64,000 nucleotides of DNA from Elsinoe ampelina (Eukaryota). Shown here piece by piece: positions 27,918 through 39,358 of this stretch (positions are counted from its first letter, which is position 1; every line of letters begins with the position of its first letter). The notes below the pieces were generated by a model. The model was given only the letters and a program-made list of their open reading frames with translations. It was not told where the DNA came from and did no database searches. Location of the stretch: NCBI GenBank assembly GCA_010093995.1, contig ML992501.1, forward strand, positions 3,120,489 through 3,184,488, written 5' to 3'. The position numbers and the translations under genes were made by a program.

Positions 27918-29123
27918 ATGTGCCCTTACCTGATGGATCAAGCCCTATGCTTGACCACGGAAGACCGATCCGATCGGAGGGAGCGAAGAGACCTCCGATC
28001 TGGCCCAACTATCTTTATCCTTGGGTCCCGAGGGACTAGAAAGACCCAGCTCGCACACTCGATCGCTGACCATGTCTCTGGAGAACTTGTTTCTATCGAC
28101 AGCGTCAAGGTGTACAGTGATGTTCCAGCACTTACTGGCAGATCTCAGACTCGCGTCAAAGAGCATATGACAGGATACCTGGCTACGACTGACGAGCCGT
28201 CTTGCTTCTTAAACGACGTGCATACCGTGATCGACGACATCCATCGTAGGAGACGGGTTGCTATCTTACACGGCGGGTCCACTTCCCTAACCACTCCATT
28301 GCTTTTCGACCCTCGCGTTCAGCTTTGTCGCCTCCTGGTCATCATTCTGCATGGCAAGCAAAGCGACATTGAAGCCAGCATTTCATCCCGGATTGATCGC
28401 ACACTGCCGTCAATTCTTGCAGATGTTCGCAAGCTTCATACTCTGGAGCGTCAAAATTACGACTCACAGCCGCTCTCTGGCGTCTTCAAAGCTCACGGCT
28501 ACCAAGAACTCCGTCCTTGGGCAAGAGCAGCAGCATTGGCGGATGCCCAGTCAGCGGACCGAGGCCCTCGGCTGCCTCCGCCATGTACAGCCCACAAATC
28601 TACTTCAAGTAGAAGTGCGCACAAGGCTGCTCGTCGACGGCTACATGGCTTGCTAGAAACAGGCGTGGCGCAGCTAAAGAAAGCCTCCACAGATCATGCT
28701 CGCAGACAATCACAATGGCTGTTCACTGAAGTCATTCCGACACTGCACTCCCAAAACATGGACTTTCGCATGTTCAATGTGCCAGGCCCGGACCAGTCAG
28801 AGGACCGATTCGACATTACGGTGACTCGACCGGTCTTGATTCACGTCCGAGAATGGCTAGATCGGCAGCGAGCAGAATGCATGCGAGCAGAACCTGACAG
28901 TCTGACTCATCTGTCGAGGCCAAAGCCGGAACGGGAAGGACAGAGATTTTGGAAGAACGGAAGATTTGATTGGAGCATGATCACACCCACAGGTGAGCAC
29001 GAAGACGAGCGGCGGCATGCTATGGAAAAGCAGCAGGGTAACGAAGGTCCTACGAGTTGCGGAGTAGAGGCAGACATGGATCTTCGAGACATACGGCAGC
29101 ACTTTGCGGGATACGGTCTGTAG
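27918..29123 (+). CDS. Isopentenyl/dimethylallyltransferase (IPPT family), adenylate-IPT-like, divergent
   Basis: P-loop-like 'IFILGSRGTRKTQLA', 'GELVSIDSVKVY', 'HMTGYL', 'ILHGGSTS', 'SRID', 'GVFKAHGYQEL' and 'STDHARRQSQW' match IPT family blocks in order. Start codon uncertain. Confidence 0.8.
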   Translation: MCPYLMDQALCLTTEDRSDRRERRDLRSGPTIFILGSRGTRKTQLAHSIADHVSGELVSIDSVKVYSDVPALTGRSQTRVKEHMTGYLATTDEPSCFLNDVHTVIDDIHRRRRVAILHGGSTSLTTPLLFDPRVQLCRLLVIILHGKQSDIEASISSRIDRTLPSILADVRKLHTLERQNYDSQPLSGVFKAHGYQELRPWARAAALADAQSADRGPRLPPPCTAHKSTSSRSAHKAARRRLHGLLETGVAQLKKASTDHARRQSQWLFTEVIPTLHSQNMDFRMFNVPGPDQSEDRFDITVTRPVLIHVREWLDRQRAECMRAEPDSLTHLSRPKPEREGQRFWKNGRFDWSMITPTGEHEDERRHAMEKQQGNEGPTSCGVEADMDLRDIRQHFAGYGL

Positions 29124-29308
29124 GATGGATGAATAGCGATTTATTTCATATCGACAATCATGCACGTAGCACTCGACAGGAGCAATGAAACAGAACAGGC
29201 ACTATGACAATCCCGGAATCTAACACTTCTACATCTGCTTCCTCGGTCCTCCTTCTCCCAGGTCACCTGCCCTATCCCATCCCATCCCTCCATCTCCCAC
29301 CTCCCCCA

Positions 29309-30337
29309 TCACTTCCCCCCCTCAGCAGCCCCACTCCCCTTCCAAGCCGACACAATCATGTCCTTGATAACATCCGCCTTGACCCCATTCTTCACCTGGG
29401 CAAACACCGTGGGACCCCCCTCCCTCATCCTCCTCGCATCCCTCTCCATGACGCCCAAATCCGCCCCCACAATCTCCGCCAGATCCGTCTTATTCACCAC
29501 CAGCAAATCACTCTGCGTGATCCCCGGCCCACCCTTCCTCGGGATCTTATCCCCCCCCGACACATCGATCACGTAGATGATGTAATCCGCCAACTCCCTG
29601 CTGTAGTTGGCAGCCAAATTATCCCCTCCCGACTCGATGAGCAAGATCTGCGTGTCGAACTCGCGATGCAGCTCCGTGAGAGCGGCGAGGTTGGCGCTAA
29701 TGTCCTCGCGCACCGCGGCGTGGGGACACCCGCCTGTCTCGATGGCGCGGATGCGTTCGGTGGGGAGGGCCGAGTGGCGCACGAGGAAGTCTCGGTCTTC
29801 GCGCGTGAAAATGTCGTTTGTCACGGCTGCGATGGAGAATTGGTCGCGGAGTTGCAGGCAGAGGGAGAGCATGAGGGCGGTTTTGCCAGAGCCGACGGGG
29901 CTGGGAGGGGGTTAGGGTAGGGGATAGGAGGAGAGGGGGAGGGAGTGGAAGGGGAGGGGAGAGGGAGGGAGTGGGAGGGGAGGTGAGAGGGAGGGAGTGG
30001 GAGGGGAGGGGAGAGGGAGCAGGGGAGGGGCCGTAGGGAGGGATAGTACAGATGGGGAGTCGTATAAAATCTAACCCGTGAAAGAGAGGGGCGATGAGGG
30101 TGGGGGTTAAACATGTCGTTGCGCTTGATGAGTGTGCCCGCAGATCAGAAATGCTTACCCTCCAATGCCAACTGTGAATGCCCTTTCTTTCCAGTCCCGT
30201 CCCTCGATTATTGGCATTTCCCGACCCAGATACGAGCCGGGTCCGTCCAGGATCTCATGCGAGTGACCATGATCTTGAGTGGCGGCATGGTCGTGGGAGT
30301 GTCCTCCGTTGGAGTGGTCGTGGGAGTGACCGCTCAT
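29309..30337 (-). CDS. ureG: Urease accessory GTPase UreG (~256 aa); exons 30337-30159, 29900-29309
   Basis: His-rich N-terminus. The P-loop 'GIGGPVGSGKT' is reconstituted across intron 30158-29901. Also 'ETGGCPH', 'ESGGDNL', '[10 protein letters not shown]', 'NKTD'. Confidence 0.96.
29904..30045 (+). repeat. G/A-rich polypurine low-complexity tract inside the ureG intron
   Basis: Many GGG/GGGG runs. GGGAGGGAGTGGGAGGGGAGG occurs twice. Confidence 0.85.
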
Positions 30338-30729
30338 TGCTGCTGCTCCGTGTGAGGGTCAGATTCATATGTCATGCACAGCAGAGACAGACCTAAGATT
30401 CCTTAGTCTGGATTTGAAAGTCCAGGTTGTGTACGGTTTGCCCGGATCGCCTTGAAATTATGGGATATGAGGTTCAAGGTGATGGACAAAAGCCTCAATT
30501 GCCCCTCGGTGGGGTTAAGCCGGAGCTGGCCGATCTCGGAAGCCCCGGCTAACTATATATACGCGGACTCATACAGGAAATGCTTTTCGATATCGTGACT
30601 ACATCAATTCATTACATGGCATGCCTGTACCGAAACTCCAAAAATGCTAGTTATGAATGCTCGCTAGACCGCCATCTGTTTTTCCAGATTGCAGCGCTGA
30701 TAGCTGTCCCCTTTCCAATCCGTTCAAGA

Positions 30730-33700
30730 TTACCACTTATTGTCATACCTCCCTACACCCTTCCGACCTCCGAACGCAGTGCCCGTGGTAACACTCGTCG
30801 AGCTACCCAACCTTCTCGTTCCTCCAACCTTACCAAGATCCTGCCAATCCTTCCTACCCTCTTTACCATCCTTGTTCTTCTTGTCGCTAGCACTCTGTTT
30901 GGCTCTGGCGATCATGTCCTCTACCCATCTCGCTTTCTGAGCATCAAGGCCTGTCTTCACAGTGCTCGGTCCTGAGGCAGGACTTGCCACTGGTGGAGAC
31001 GAGGTTGGCGCGATGCCACCAAGACTGTTCGGTCGTGACTGGATTGGGGGATCGACAATCTTGGGGAAAAGTGGATTGGATCGAAGCTGAGAGGTCGAGT
31101 CGCGAGATGGCGTCTCAGTCGAGTTGCTCTTCGCCGATGGCGAAGTCATGGTGTCAAAGTAATTGGATGGTTGAGATGCGGGTGATGCAACGCCCTCCGA
31201 CGACGGCGTGACCTCCTGGCTACGGGTTGGGTGGTTGAGAGTATATGCATCAGGCGTTGCGTTCAATGCATTGTGCTGAGGTGGCGAGGACGAGAGGTCA
31301 GGTGAGCGAGGATCATCGTGACGGAAGCCCATCGCAGACTCCGGGCGCGGAGACATGGCTTGTCGGAGGTCGGGTGTGCGTTTCTTGTTGCTGTCGACTC
31401 GTGAGGCTTCAGTCACTTCGATACCACCGTTGTTGCCCATGAATCGATGCGTGTGATGTTCCGCGTACTGACGAAGATAGTCTTCAAGGTCCATCCACCC
31501 TCCACCGACACGCACCATGACTCGCTCCTCCTTGCCCACCAAACGTACGAATAGCTTGATCGGTTGTTCCCGGCCAGGTTGAGAAAGATGGTAGAGTTTT
31601 GTCTCGCCGTCCTTGATATGGCGCTTCAGCGTAGCTTCGGGAGGGCTTGCAGGAGCCAACGTAAGGCCACGAGATGTCCTGCTCCCGCTCCGTCCCCCAC
31701 CCCGACTCGGCGAAGGTGTTTCGGCTCGTGCCTTCGAATTACCAGGTCGAGCCGAGAAGTGAATGTTGGAAGTCATCTTGCGCAACACCCTACTTACGTG
31801 TCGATCCATATAGTCGCCAGTAGAGGACGCTGTACTATCTCGCCTTTTCTCCGACTTCTGCGGAGTCTTTGGACGGGGCTCCTCTGTGGGAGCCGCAAGC
31901 TGTTCGGCCGGATCCTGGAATGTCTCTGGTCCGCGAATCGGCTGATATCGATTACCATTGAAAGCTAGAGGCTGTGGCTTCATAGCACCAAGTCTGCCTG
32001 CCACAATACTACGCTCCGAGTCGGACCTCAGAGCTTGCAACAAAGATTGCCCTTCCTTGGCGCTCAGAGTCCTCAAGTGAGTAGGCCGCGTGTTTGGTGG
32101 CATGGGAAAAGCTGGCTCAGATCGGGTTGTATCCGACCGGTCCCGTCCTGATTTTAGAGGAGAAGGCGCAGCGACTGCGGCGTCGAGGTAGGTAGACTGA
32201 GTCGAGGCGCTTTCACCAGTAGTTGGACGCATGTCTTCTTCCGCGTGTCGTGACCCTGGCGAAATTTGGCTAGCCATCTCATTGCGCGCGGACTCCTCGA
32301 GCGCCGCCATGGAAGCGCGCTTGCTTGCAGTTCGAGGGGATCTAATCGCTTCCTTGTCCGATCCTGATCTGTCAGCGTCATTATCGCCATCGAGGAACAG
32401 TCGAGGCTTGGTGGACTCTTGTGATTGTTTCCTGCTTGGCCCTGCCGCCTTGATGCCGTATTTGTCCTTCCTTGACTTCTTCTTGATACGATGCGCACGA
32501 GGCGTGGTGACCTCATGTGGTCTGAAGAAGCCCGCAGAAGACGCATTGTGTACCTCGGGAGTGGATGCTTGTGATCTGAGTATGCTTGAACTGTCGTAGC
32601 CATGTGATGATACCTTCTCTTCGCTCTTTTGACGTCCAGCTCGTCTACTGCCTTGTTTTCTTCGAGACCTCTGCCCTTTGATATCTTCGATGGTGTGGTT
32701 GTATACCCCGTCGACCATCTCATCTTGGTTCTGCGAATCGGTCATGAATGCTTCTCGTCTCATCTTCTCGATGTAATCGTCAAACGTGGCCAAATTGGAG
32801 TGGTAGGCATCGTCAAGCACAGGACTGATCGGCAATGTGTCGACAAACATCTGTTCGAAAGCGTCGCTCCTGATCGCGCCGTCCGGACTGGAAATTTCCT
32901 CCCCGACTATCTTGGTGCCCGCCGGGAAGGGCCAATTGCCAGACTCACGGCCGCCTTGAGCCATTGGCGAGTCGAACTTGCCAAGAGCGAGCATTGGCGA
33001 CGACTCCGACAATGGCCGTGACGAAATGACCTCTTTGTCCGACCAGTCTTGGTTCTGATGAGCAGAACTTGTCAAGCGATCTGGAGAGAGATCCCAGTTC
33101 TCAGCTGCAACAATCCTCTCGGGACTGCGTGAAGAGTCCTGGTTATCTGACGGCCTGCCATCGAGAGATTTCTTCACCCTGCCCCTGGCAGCCCCGGTAT
33201 CGAGCGAGAGATCAGAAGCTCGTTTGCTGTTGAAACTTGTTCGGCTTTTCTCCGACTGTGCGTTCTGCTTCTTCTTGAGGGTATTCTTGCTAGCATTCGA
33301 CCGTGTTCGAGAAGGTTCCCGGCTACTAGTCGCCTTGAACAGCTTCGTGAAAGCAGTGGAGGCATGCTCGAAAGGTCTGACGGGACTACTGGCTTTGAGA
33401 AGAATCTGCTTGCTTTCCAGATCGCCAGAGAAAACAGCACGGCGGGCAGCAATACTGCTTCCAGACGTGAATGGGCGCTCCTCTTCCGATGGGGCGGGCA
33501 GAGGAGGCTCTCTGTTCAGCGAGAACGGCTCGTCCTTCTCGTCACGAGGCGTGATGCCTGCCTTGATAGCAGCTTCACGGTAGGCCTGGACATCGATGGG
33601 AACATGCCTAGCACGCAATCGAGGTGACTTGGTTGGTGAGGGCGGTAGCTGCTCTTCCGCGGGCTCTGGCGGAGGGATGGGGTTCGACCTTTGTGCGAAA

Positions 33701-35121
33701 TCCATGGCTTTAAAGTCGGGCTGATCGTCAACGATGGGAGAAACTGCTTGATCTTGTGATTCCAGAATGACATCATCCACTAGCTGTGCAAACTCGCTAT
33801 CCTGTCGTAATCGAGCTTGGGGAGCATCGAGAGTAGTTGTAGAATCCCCTCTGTGCCACGGACGGTCCCCAAGGGTGGGACTCTCGACTCTACGATTGCC
33901 CTTGCTTGAGTCGAGTGTCACACGAACGACAGGGGCCGCCTCAAGCTCGTGCGCCTCCAAGGCATCATGCGGGTTTTGCTGCTCCGTAACAATGCCAAGT
34001 GCATCATATCCAGGTGTGGTAGCTGCAGTGGAAGGTAGGTCAAACTCCCACGCAAGGCCGGTCAAAGTACGTTCGGCCTGGACGACCCAATTACTGTACA
34101 GGGATTCCAGGGATTCGAAACGATCAATCCAGCCATCAGGTATTGTCTCTGACCTTCCCTCGAGCTGGTCCAGCATGCTATCCAATCTTTGGCCGAGTGC
34201 AGAGACTTTGCTACCGAGTACTGTCTGCATGCTCTCGAATCTGTCACGGACGGGGCTGACACTTTCTTTGGAATGATGATTGTCAATGGAAAGATCCTTC
34301 CAAGCCTCGCGTAGCTGCTTTTGGGTTTCTTCCAGCCCTAACAGGAAGCCAGGCACTTTACGCAAGACCAGCAAACGAACTGACCACTCATGCATGAGAC
34401 GAGTAAGCCAAGACAGGTATGGGAGAGCTTGCAAGATGGTGCCAGTGATGAGGGTTGTATAGTCGTCGATCGAGCGAACCCGGAAGGAGACGTATTCGTC
34501 TTGCTTTGGACTGTTCGCCTTGGGCAGAATATGGACGTTCCGGACATGATTCTTCAGCCCTTCGACATCCATGTCTTCCAGGGCTTTATCGATAGCATCA
34601 ATGCGATCCTCGTAGAAGACGACAAGTTCACGAGGAAGGCTACCCCAGAACCCGTCATCTTCTTCATCACTGTCCTCAGACAAATGTGATTGTGGTACAT
34701 GATGATCCGCCAGTAGTCTTTGTCGTTTCGAAGCTCTTTCTGCGGGTGGTGGGGGCTCGAATGTGCCTGGCCATTCCCAAGCCTCCACCTCGACAGCCCA
34801 TTCCCTCAAGTCCTTGCATGTCTGTGCTACCCGCACACCGAATGCACGATCCTCATCCGTGACATGTTCCACTTTCTTCATAAGGTCGTTTTCGGTTTCG
34901 GTGTATGACGTGGTACTGAAGGCTTGCAGAGTCTTTGTGGGGGAGAGATCTCGTAGGATGGGATCTTGAGCGATGGTATGGAATCGCAAACGAATGGGCG
35001 ATGATTCTGGGGAGCGAGAGTTGGACCGTAGAGGTGATATGGAGTTTGAACGGGGAGGAGGAGTTTCGGCGCCAGGCCTTGGTAGAAGAGGAGGATCGAT
35101 GGTGGGATCTCGAAGCGCCAT
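30730..35121 (-). CDS. GAS2/GAR-domain protein (putative microtubule-associated), 1463 aa
   Basis: GAR signature 'LYHLSQPGREQPIKLFVRLVGKEERVMVRVGGGWMDLEDYLRQY', N-terminal helical region and a long S/P-rich linker. Confidence 0.88.
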   Translation of the reverse strand: MALRDPTIDPPLLPRPGAETPPPRSNSISPLRSNSRSPESSPIRLRFHTIAQDPILRDLSPTKTLQAFSTTSYTETENDLMKKVEHVTDEDRAFGVRVAQTCKDLREWAVEVEAWEWPGTFEPPPPAERASKRQRLLADHHVPQSHLSEDSDEEDDGFWGSLPRELVVFYEDRIDAIDKALEDMDVEGLKNHVRNVHILPKANSPKQDEYVSFRVRSIDDYTTLITGTILQALPYLSWLTRLMHEWSVRLLVLRKVPGFLLGLEETQKQLREAWKDLSIDNHHSKESVSPVRDRFESMQTVLGSKVSALGQRLDSMLDQLEGRSETIPDGWIDRFESLESLYSNWVVQAERTLTGLAWEFDLPSTAATTPGYDALGIVTEQQNPHDALEAHELEAAPVVRVTLDSSKGNRRVESPTLGDRPWHRGDSTTTLDAPQARLRQDSEFAQLVDDVILESQDQAVSPIVDDQPDFKAMDFAQRSNPIPPPEPAEEQLPPSPTKSPRLRARHVPIDVQAYREAAIKAGITPRDEKDEPFSLNREPPLPAPSEEERPFTSGSSIAARRAVFSGDLESKQILLKASSPVRPFEHASTAFTKLFKATSSREPSRTRSNASKNTLKKKQNAQSEKSRTSFNSKRASDLSLDTGAARGRVKKSLDGRPSDNQDSSRSPERIVAAENWDLSPDRLTSSAHQNQDWSDKEVISSRPLSESSPMLALGKFDSPMAQGGRESGNWPFPAGTKIVGEEISSPDGAIRSDAFEQMFVDTLPISPVLDDAYHSNLATFDDYIEKMRREAFMTDSQNQDEMVDGVYNHTIEDIKGQRSRRKQGSRRAGRQKSEEKVSSHGYDSSSILRSQASTPEVHNASSAGFFRPHEVTTPRAHRIKKKSRKDKYGIKAAGPSRKQSQESTKPRLFLDGDNDADRSGSDKEAIRSPRTASKRASMAALEESARNEMASQISPGSRHAEEDMRPTTGESASTQSTYLDAAVAAPSPLKSGRDRSDTTRSEPAFPMPPNTRPTHLRTLSAKEGQSLLQALRSDSERSIVAGRLGAMKPQPLAFNGNRYQPIRGPETFQDPAEQLAAPTEEPRPKTPQKSEKRRDSTASSTGDYMDRHVSRVLRKMTSNIHFSARPGNSKARAETPSPSRGGGRSGSRTSRGLTLAPASPPEATLKRHIKDGETKLYHLSQPGREQPIKLFVRLVGKEERVMVRVGGGWMDLEDYLRQYAEHHTHRFMGNNGGIEVTEASRVDSNKKRTPDLRQAMSPRPESAMGFRHDDPRSPDLSSSPPQHNALNATPDAYTLNHPTRSQEVTPSSEGVASPASQPSNYFDTMTSPSAKSNSTETPSRDSTSQLRSNPLFPKIVDPPIQSRPNSLGGIAPTSSPPVASPASGPSTVKTGLDAQKARWVEDMIARAKQSASDKKNKDGKEGRKDWQDLGKVGGTRRLGSSTSVTTGTAFGGRKGVGRYDNKW

Positions 35122-35992
35122 GGTGACCAGGCCCTCGGCGGTGGAGAGCGCTGATACGAATAGACGGCAGGCGCGAGATTAAGGTGGGATAGCTCGGATT
35201 AGTCGTCGGTCCGTATGTCAAAACTTGAGCAAGTCGTGCATGCAAGAGGGGCCGTGCAGGACGCTGAGAGAGGTGCAGATGGCCAGTGGTGGTGACGATA
35301 GCTGCAGACAGGGAGGCCCCCTGTTTCAGTGGCATGCAAGCACTGGAGGATGACCTCCACTTGCCACTTGCCGGTCCTCGCCACGAGTTGACCACTTGTA
35401 AAATGGCAGCCGTCGTCCAGGACACAGCTGTCCAACGAGGGACAGAAGAAACGTGAAAGACCGTAGTTTCAGGGATGCAGAATTGAGGCGGACTTCGGGG
35501 AGAGGCAGGATCGGCGCTTGACGTGCATTAGCCCCAGATCCGCCCAGGGTAGAGTTGATCCTTTTTGTTAAAAAGGGTGGGAAAAGACCCCGGACTGTCA
35601 AACCCAAGGTGCTGGGATTGTTTGACTTTGTCACATTTGACAGGTCAAAGAGATGTTCCATGTCAGGACTGCGGCATATACAATTTCACTGTTTGCATGC
35701 CATCACTGCGCTTTGTCACCAAGCCATGGGGTGGCGCGTCACAACGACAACACGGTCTGCATGCATGCATCGACAAAGATATGGTTGATCCCCACAAGTT
35801 TATTGAATCGACCGTGCTTCTTCCGTGTTCGCGTCCGACCATCCAAAATACCCGACGTGTTTCTCAAAAGCAAGCATGGTTTGTTGATGATTCTTTGACC
35901 CCCAAGTGGTCCTGTGCGATGGGATCAAACATGCTTATGCATCCACTTCGCTTCTTCAACCTTGTCAGCTCCGGAGATGCCATGCCGCGCAG

Positions 35993-36754
35993 CTAGTGTT
36001 TCTGCTGTGCCTTTGCGGCTTGTTTCTCTTTGACGATCTTGTCGAATCTGCGGATGTCAGCACAAATTCAGTATTTCGGGAGACTTGCATCCGACCTGTG
36101 AAAGGAGCCAAAGCCCTCAATGAAGGCGTCGCCAACCCATAGCCAGAAGGCTTTGGTCCTCATGTTGACATTGTGCTTCTTGAGCCTGCCAGTGGCCATG
36201 ACATAGGCTTCGGTGCCGTGGATTGCGAAAAGACCGAACAAGAGATACGGCTGGATGGCATAGTTGAACTTTCGGATCACATCTGGCAGGATAGCGGCTG
36301 CCAAACTGTTTGGGGCGAAATTGGCTTGCCGGCTGAAGGCCACAAAGGTAGCTGATACAATGATGAATAGGTACAGGTACCAGCCGTAAGGAGTTGCGAA
36401 GTCTCGGACAGTAATGTCACTTCGACCCAGTGCTTGCACACACTCCTTGTCCATCGCCACCAGTCGCTCTCGTGCTTCCCGAAACGAAGTCATGGGTGGA
36501 TTTAGCGGGGTCGAGAATCGCCCAGCATCACTCTGGAAGGTAATGTCGGAGAGTGTGACATCTGTAATTCTTGCGCTGTAGGCGGACCATGACGACTGAT
36601 TGTGGTAATGCTCTAGATACCGTACGACCTAAATCGATCAGTCGATAGCAAGCATCGCGATGGCGCCATCACCCACAGAGTCGTGATGGTCAGCATTCAT
36701 ATGACCGATGATTCTCTGCTTCGCCGCCGCGTCCTTTGTCGCTTGGTCGTCCAT
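35993..36754 (-). CDS. DUF2470-like N-terminal domain plus membrane C-terminus (~221 aa); exons 36754-36677, 36628-36096, 36047-35993
   Basis: 'RIIGHMNADHHDS|VVRYLEHY' across a 48-nt intron, 'EARERLVAM', and TM helices with 'IHGTEA' and 'FIEGFGSF'. A second 48-nt intron restores the C-terminus. Confidence 0.85.
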
Positions 36755-37578
36755 GGCTACAATGTCGACACCGTCCCTGGCTATGGGGTAATATGACACT
36801 TTCTCCTGCTCGTGCGTGATCTGATAAGACACCTACCTTGGGCGCTGGAAGAATCAGGGACCTTGGCGATGGATGGTACGATCAGTTTTCTCCGCTGAGA
36901 TCCGACCTGACGAAGATCTCCCGGTCGCCGAAAAACAGCCACATTCCACGACAAAATCACGTGATGCGATTTCGATTATTGACCGACGCCAGGTCGCGGA
37001 TCGAGTAACTTATGGCAAACACCTTGAAACTTATGCTGATCATCAAGTCATGAGAAATGAGCAGCCCAAGCAAAATACGCAATGATTCTTGGGTGCAAAA
37101 GCCAATTCCACAGATCGTGATGAGGCGCACCAATGTTGAGCGCCACAAACTGATCAAGCCCCAAGCGGAAGGCGCCGGTGTTCGTTTGCGGGCATAATTT
37201 CTTCTGTCATCATACTTCCATCATCGCTTCACATCCTCGTCGACAAGCTCCACACCTCCTTGTCAGAGTTCCGTGTCGCGCTGGCCCATGTCAGGCAATC
37301 GTGCGTTTTGACACGTTCTCGCGATCTCGACCCAACACCTCGATCCCGTCTTCTGCACCGGTGGACGGCCAGCGTGAACGAAGCCCCATGTTTCTTCCGT
37401 GCTTGTGCCAGGAATTCGTGGCTGGTGACATATGGCTTGACGTCAAGTCTGTGCATCTCATGTGAGGCGCGCTGAGGCGCATTTCATTATCCACCCTGCC
37501 GTCTTCGACCCTGCTCTTTGCACATCAAAAGTCACTCTTGCATATCACCCCTCTTCTGCCTCCTCACAAAACTTCATC

Positions 37579-38322
37579 ATGTCCACTCAAGAAAAAACCA
37601 ACTCCGAAGTCAACGCCTCAGGTTCAGCTGCAGGTGGAGCTTCACTCGGTGCCAACGGTTCAGCTTCACTCTCATCCAAGCAGACCACACAACGCAAGAA
37701 GCCACAGAAGCTCGGCCAGAAGAAGGTCGAAGAGCCATCACAGCAGCCCACCCCCGACGCCACACCAGAACCAGATTCCGCTGGTGCTGAGGCAGAGAAC
37801 GAGACCAACGCCAACGCCGACACCGAAATGTCCGACTCGGAGGCAGAGCCACAGCCACAGGTGCAGTCGAGACAGCAGTCTCGCCGCCGCAGTCGTGCTC
37901 GCGGTCGTCGTCCTGCAGACAGCGACACTGAGTCTTTGGCACGCAGTGATGTCTCTGCATCAGGAGGACGTCGCCAGCGCCAGAAGGCTAAGAAGCAGAA
38001 GGGCAACAACCCTCTCGGCGGTATCACTGAGGACCTCCCTGGTGGGGAGCTAGTTGGAGGCGCCGGAGATCTCGTCCAGAACACTGCCGGCAACGCAGTC
38101 AACCAAGTCGGCAACACCGCTGGCAAGGCCCTCGGTGGTCTCACCGGAGGTGGCAAGGATGAAGGCGGGGAGAAGAACGAACAGCTGCGTCTGCGCTTGG
38201 AACTCAATCTCGACATTGAGATCCAGCTTAAGGCGAAGATTCACGGTGACTTGACTCTTGGTCTACTGTAAGTGTCATGGCTCACCAAGCTCACCCCAAT
38301 GCTAATGAATCGCAGGAACTAA
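37579..38322 (+). CDS. Hydrophilic protein with conserved C-terminal motif LRLRLELNLDIEIQLKAKIHGDLTLGLL (paralog A, ~231 aa); exons 37579-38267, 38316-38322
   Basis: Disordered Q/S/G-rich body. Terminal intron 38268-38315 (GTAAGT..CTAAT..CAG). Confidence 0.85.
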
Positions 38323-39358
38323 GAGCATCACTCGAGGGTTACACGGCGCGATGGTTGCTGGGAGAGATTCATGATCATGAAAATGTACTATAGTATAGCG
38401 CACAGCCTAATGGAAACTGAGTTTCAATCCATGATTATTGTCCGCGACATTCTCCAGCCTCGTGTCTATCACTCCGTTTTGTCGCAGTTACTTAGTACCT
38501 TAGGCTGTGCCAGTTTCCGAACAAATTCGTCCACGACTTCGATTCGTGGCGCAGGGGGGACGAACTGCTCGACAATCACAATCCGCCAGAACGATTCTCG
38601 ATCCATATGCTAAGTTAACCCCTCTTCTGCTCAGCATATATCCGAGAATCGATAAACCTCGTTTCTCTCTACCCAGCCCTGAGCATTTGTCGAGGTGTAG
38701 ACTCCACAATGACGACGCCACAGGCGTGGTCTGCCAGTTCCGACCATTCAAATCTCCAGCCACGACCCCGGCCAACCAGGTCCAATTTCCTCCAATCCCT
38801 GTTTATCCTTGCTCGCTTCGACCAAGCTTGATGCTCGATTGGGCGCTGATCAGCCGGTATCAAGCGTGTCGATCGGAGATGGCCCTTGTGACGTGTGGCT
38901 CGGTCACAATTTCTTCTTGCAGCTCCACTTGTTCTTCGGCGGAAACACCAACGCGAGTCGTTTCAGGCTCACCCTCCATCACGGATATTGCATGAACGAG
39001 GTAATCCTGCGTCTGCACGGTCATATCACATGCGCCTCTGACGCCACAGGTCACGAAATCAAGTCGTGGCATGGTCTCGCGATCGTGGCTATCGGTGCCT
39101 CAATTTGAGGCTGCCACCTCGACATCGAGCATCCTGGTCTGACGGCCTGGCCGGAGTCCTGTGGCACGTAATGAGTGACATAGCCAGTTCTTGACCAAAC
39201 TGCTTCTCCACCGTGCCATCTGACCCTTCTGCTGTGGCTCGTCATCGTAGTTCTCCCACTGTCCCGCTTTCTCCTTTCATCAATCACTTCAGCCACACCT
39301 GCATACAACTTCACTTCACTCGCCTCACATCCATACCACAAAGTCAACACTCCACATC

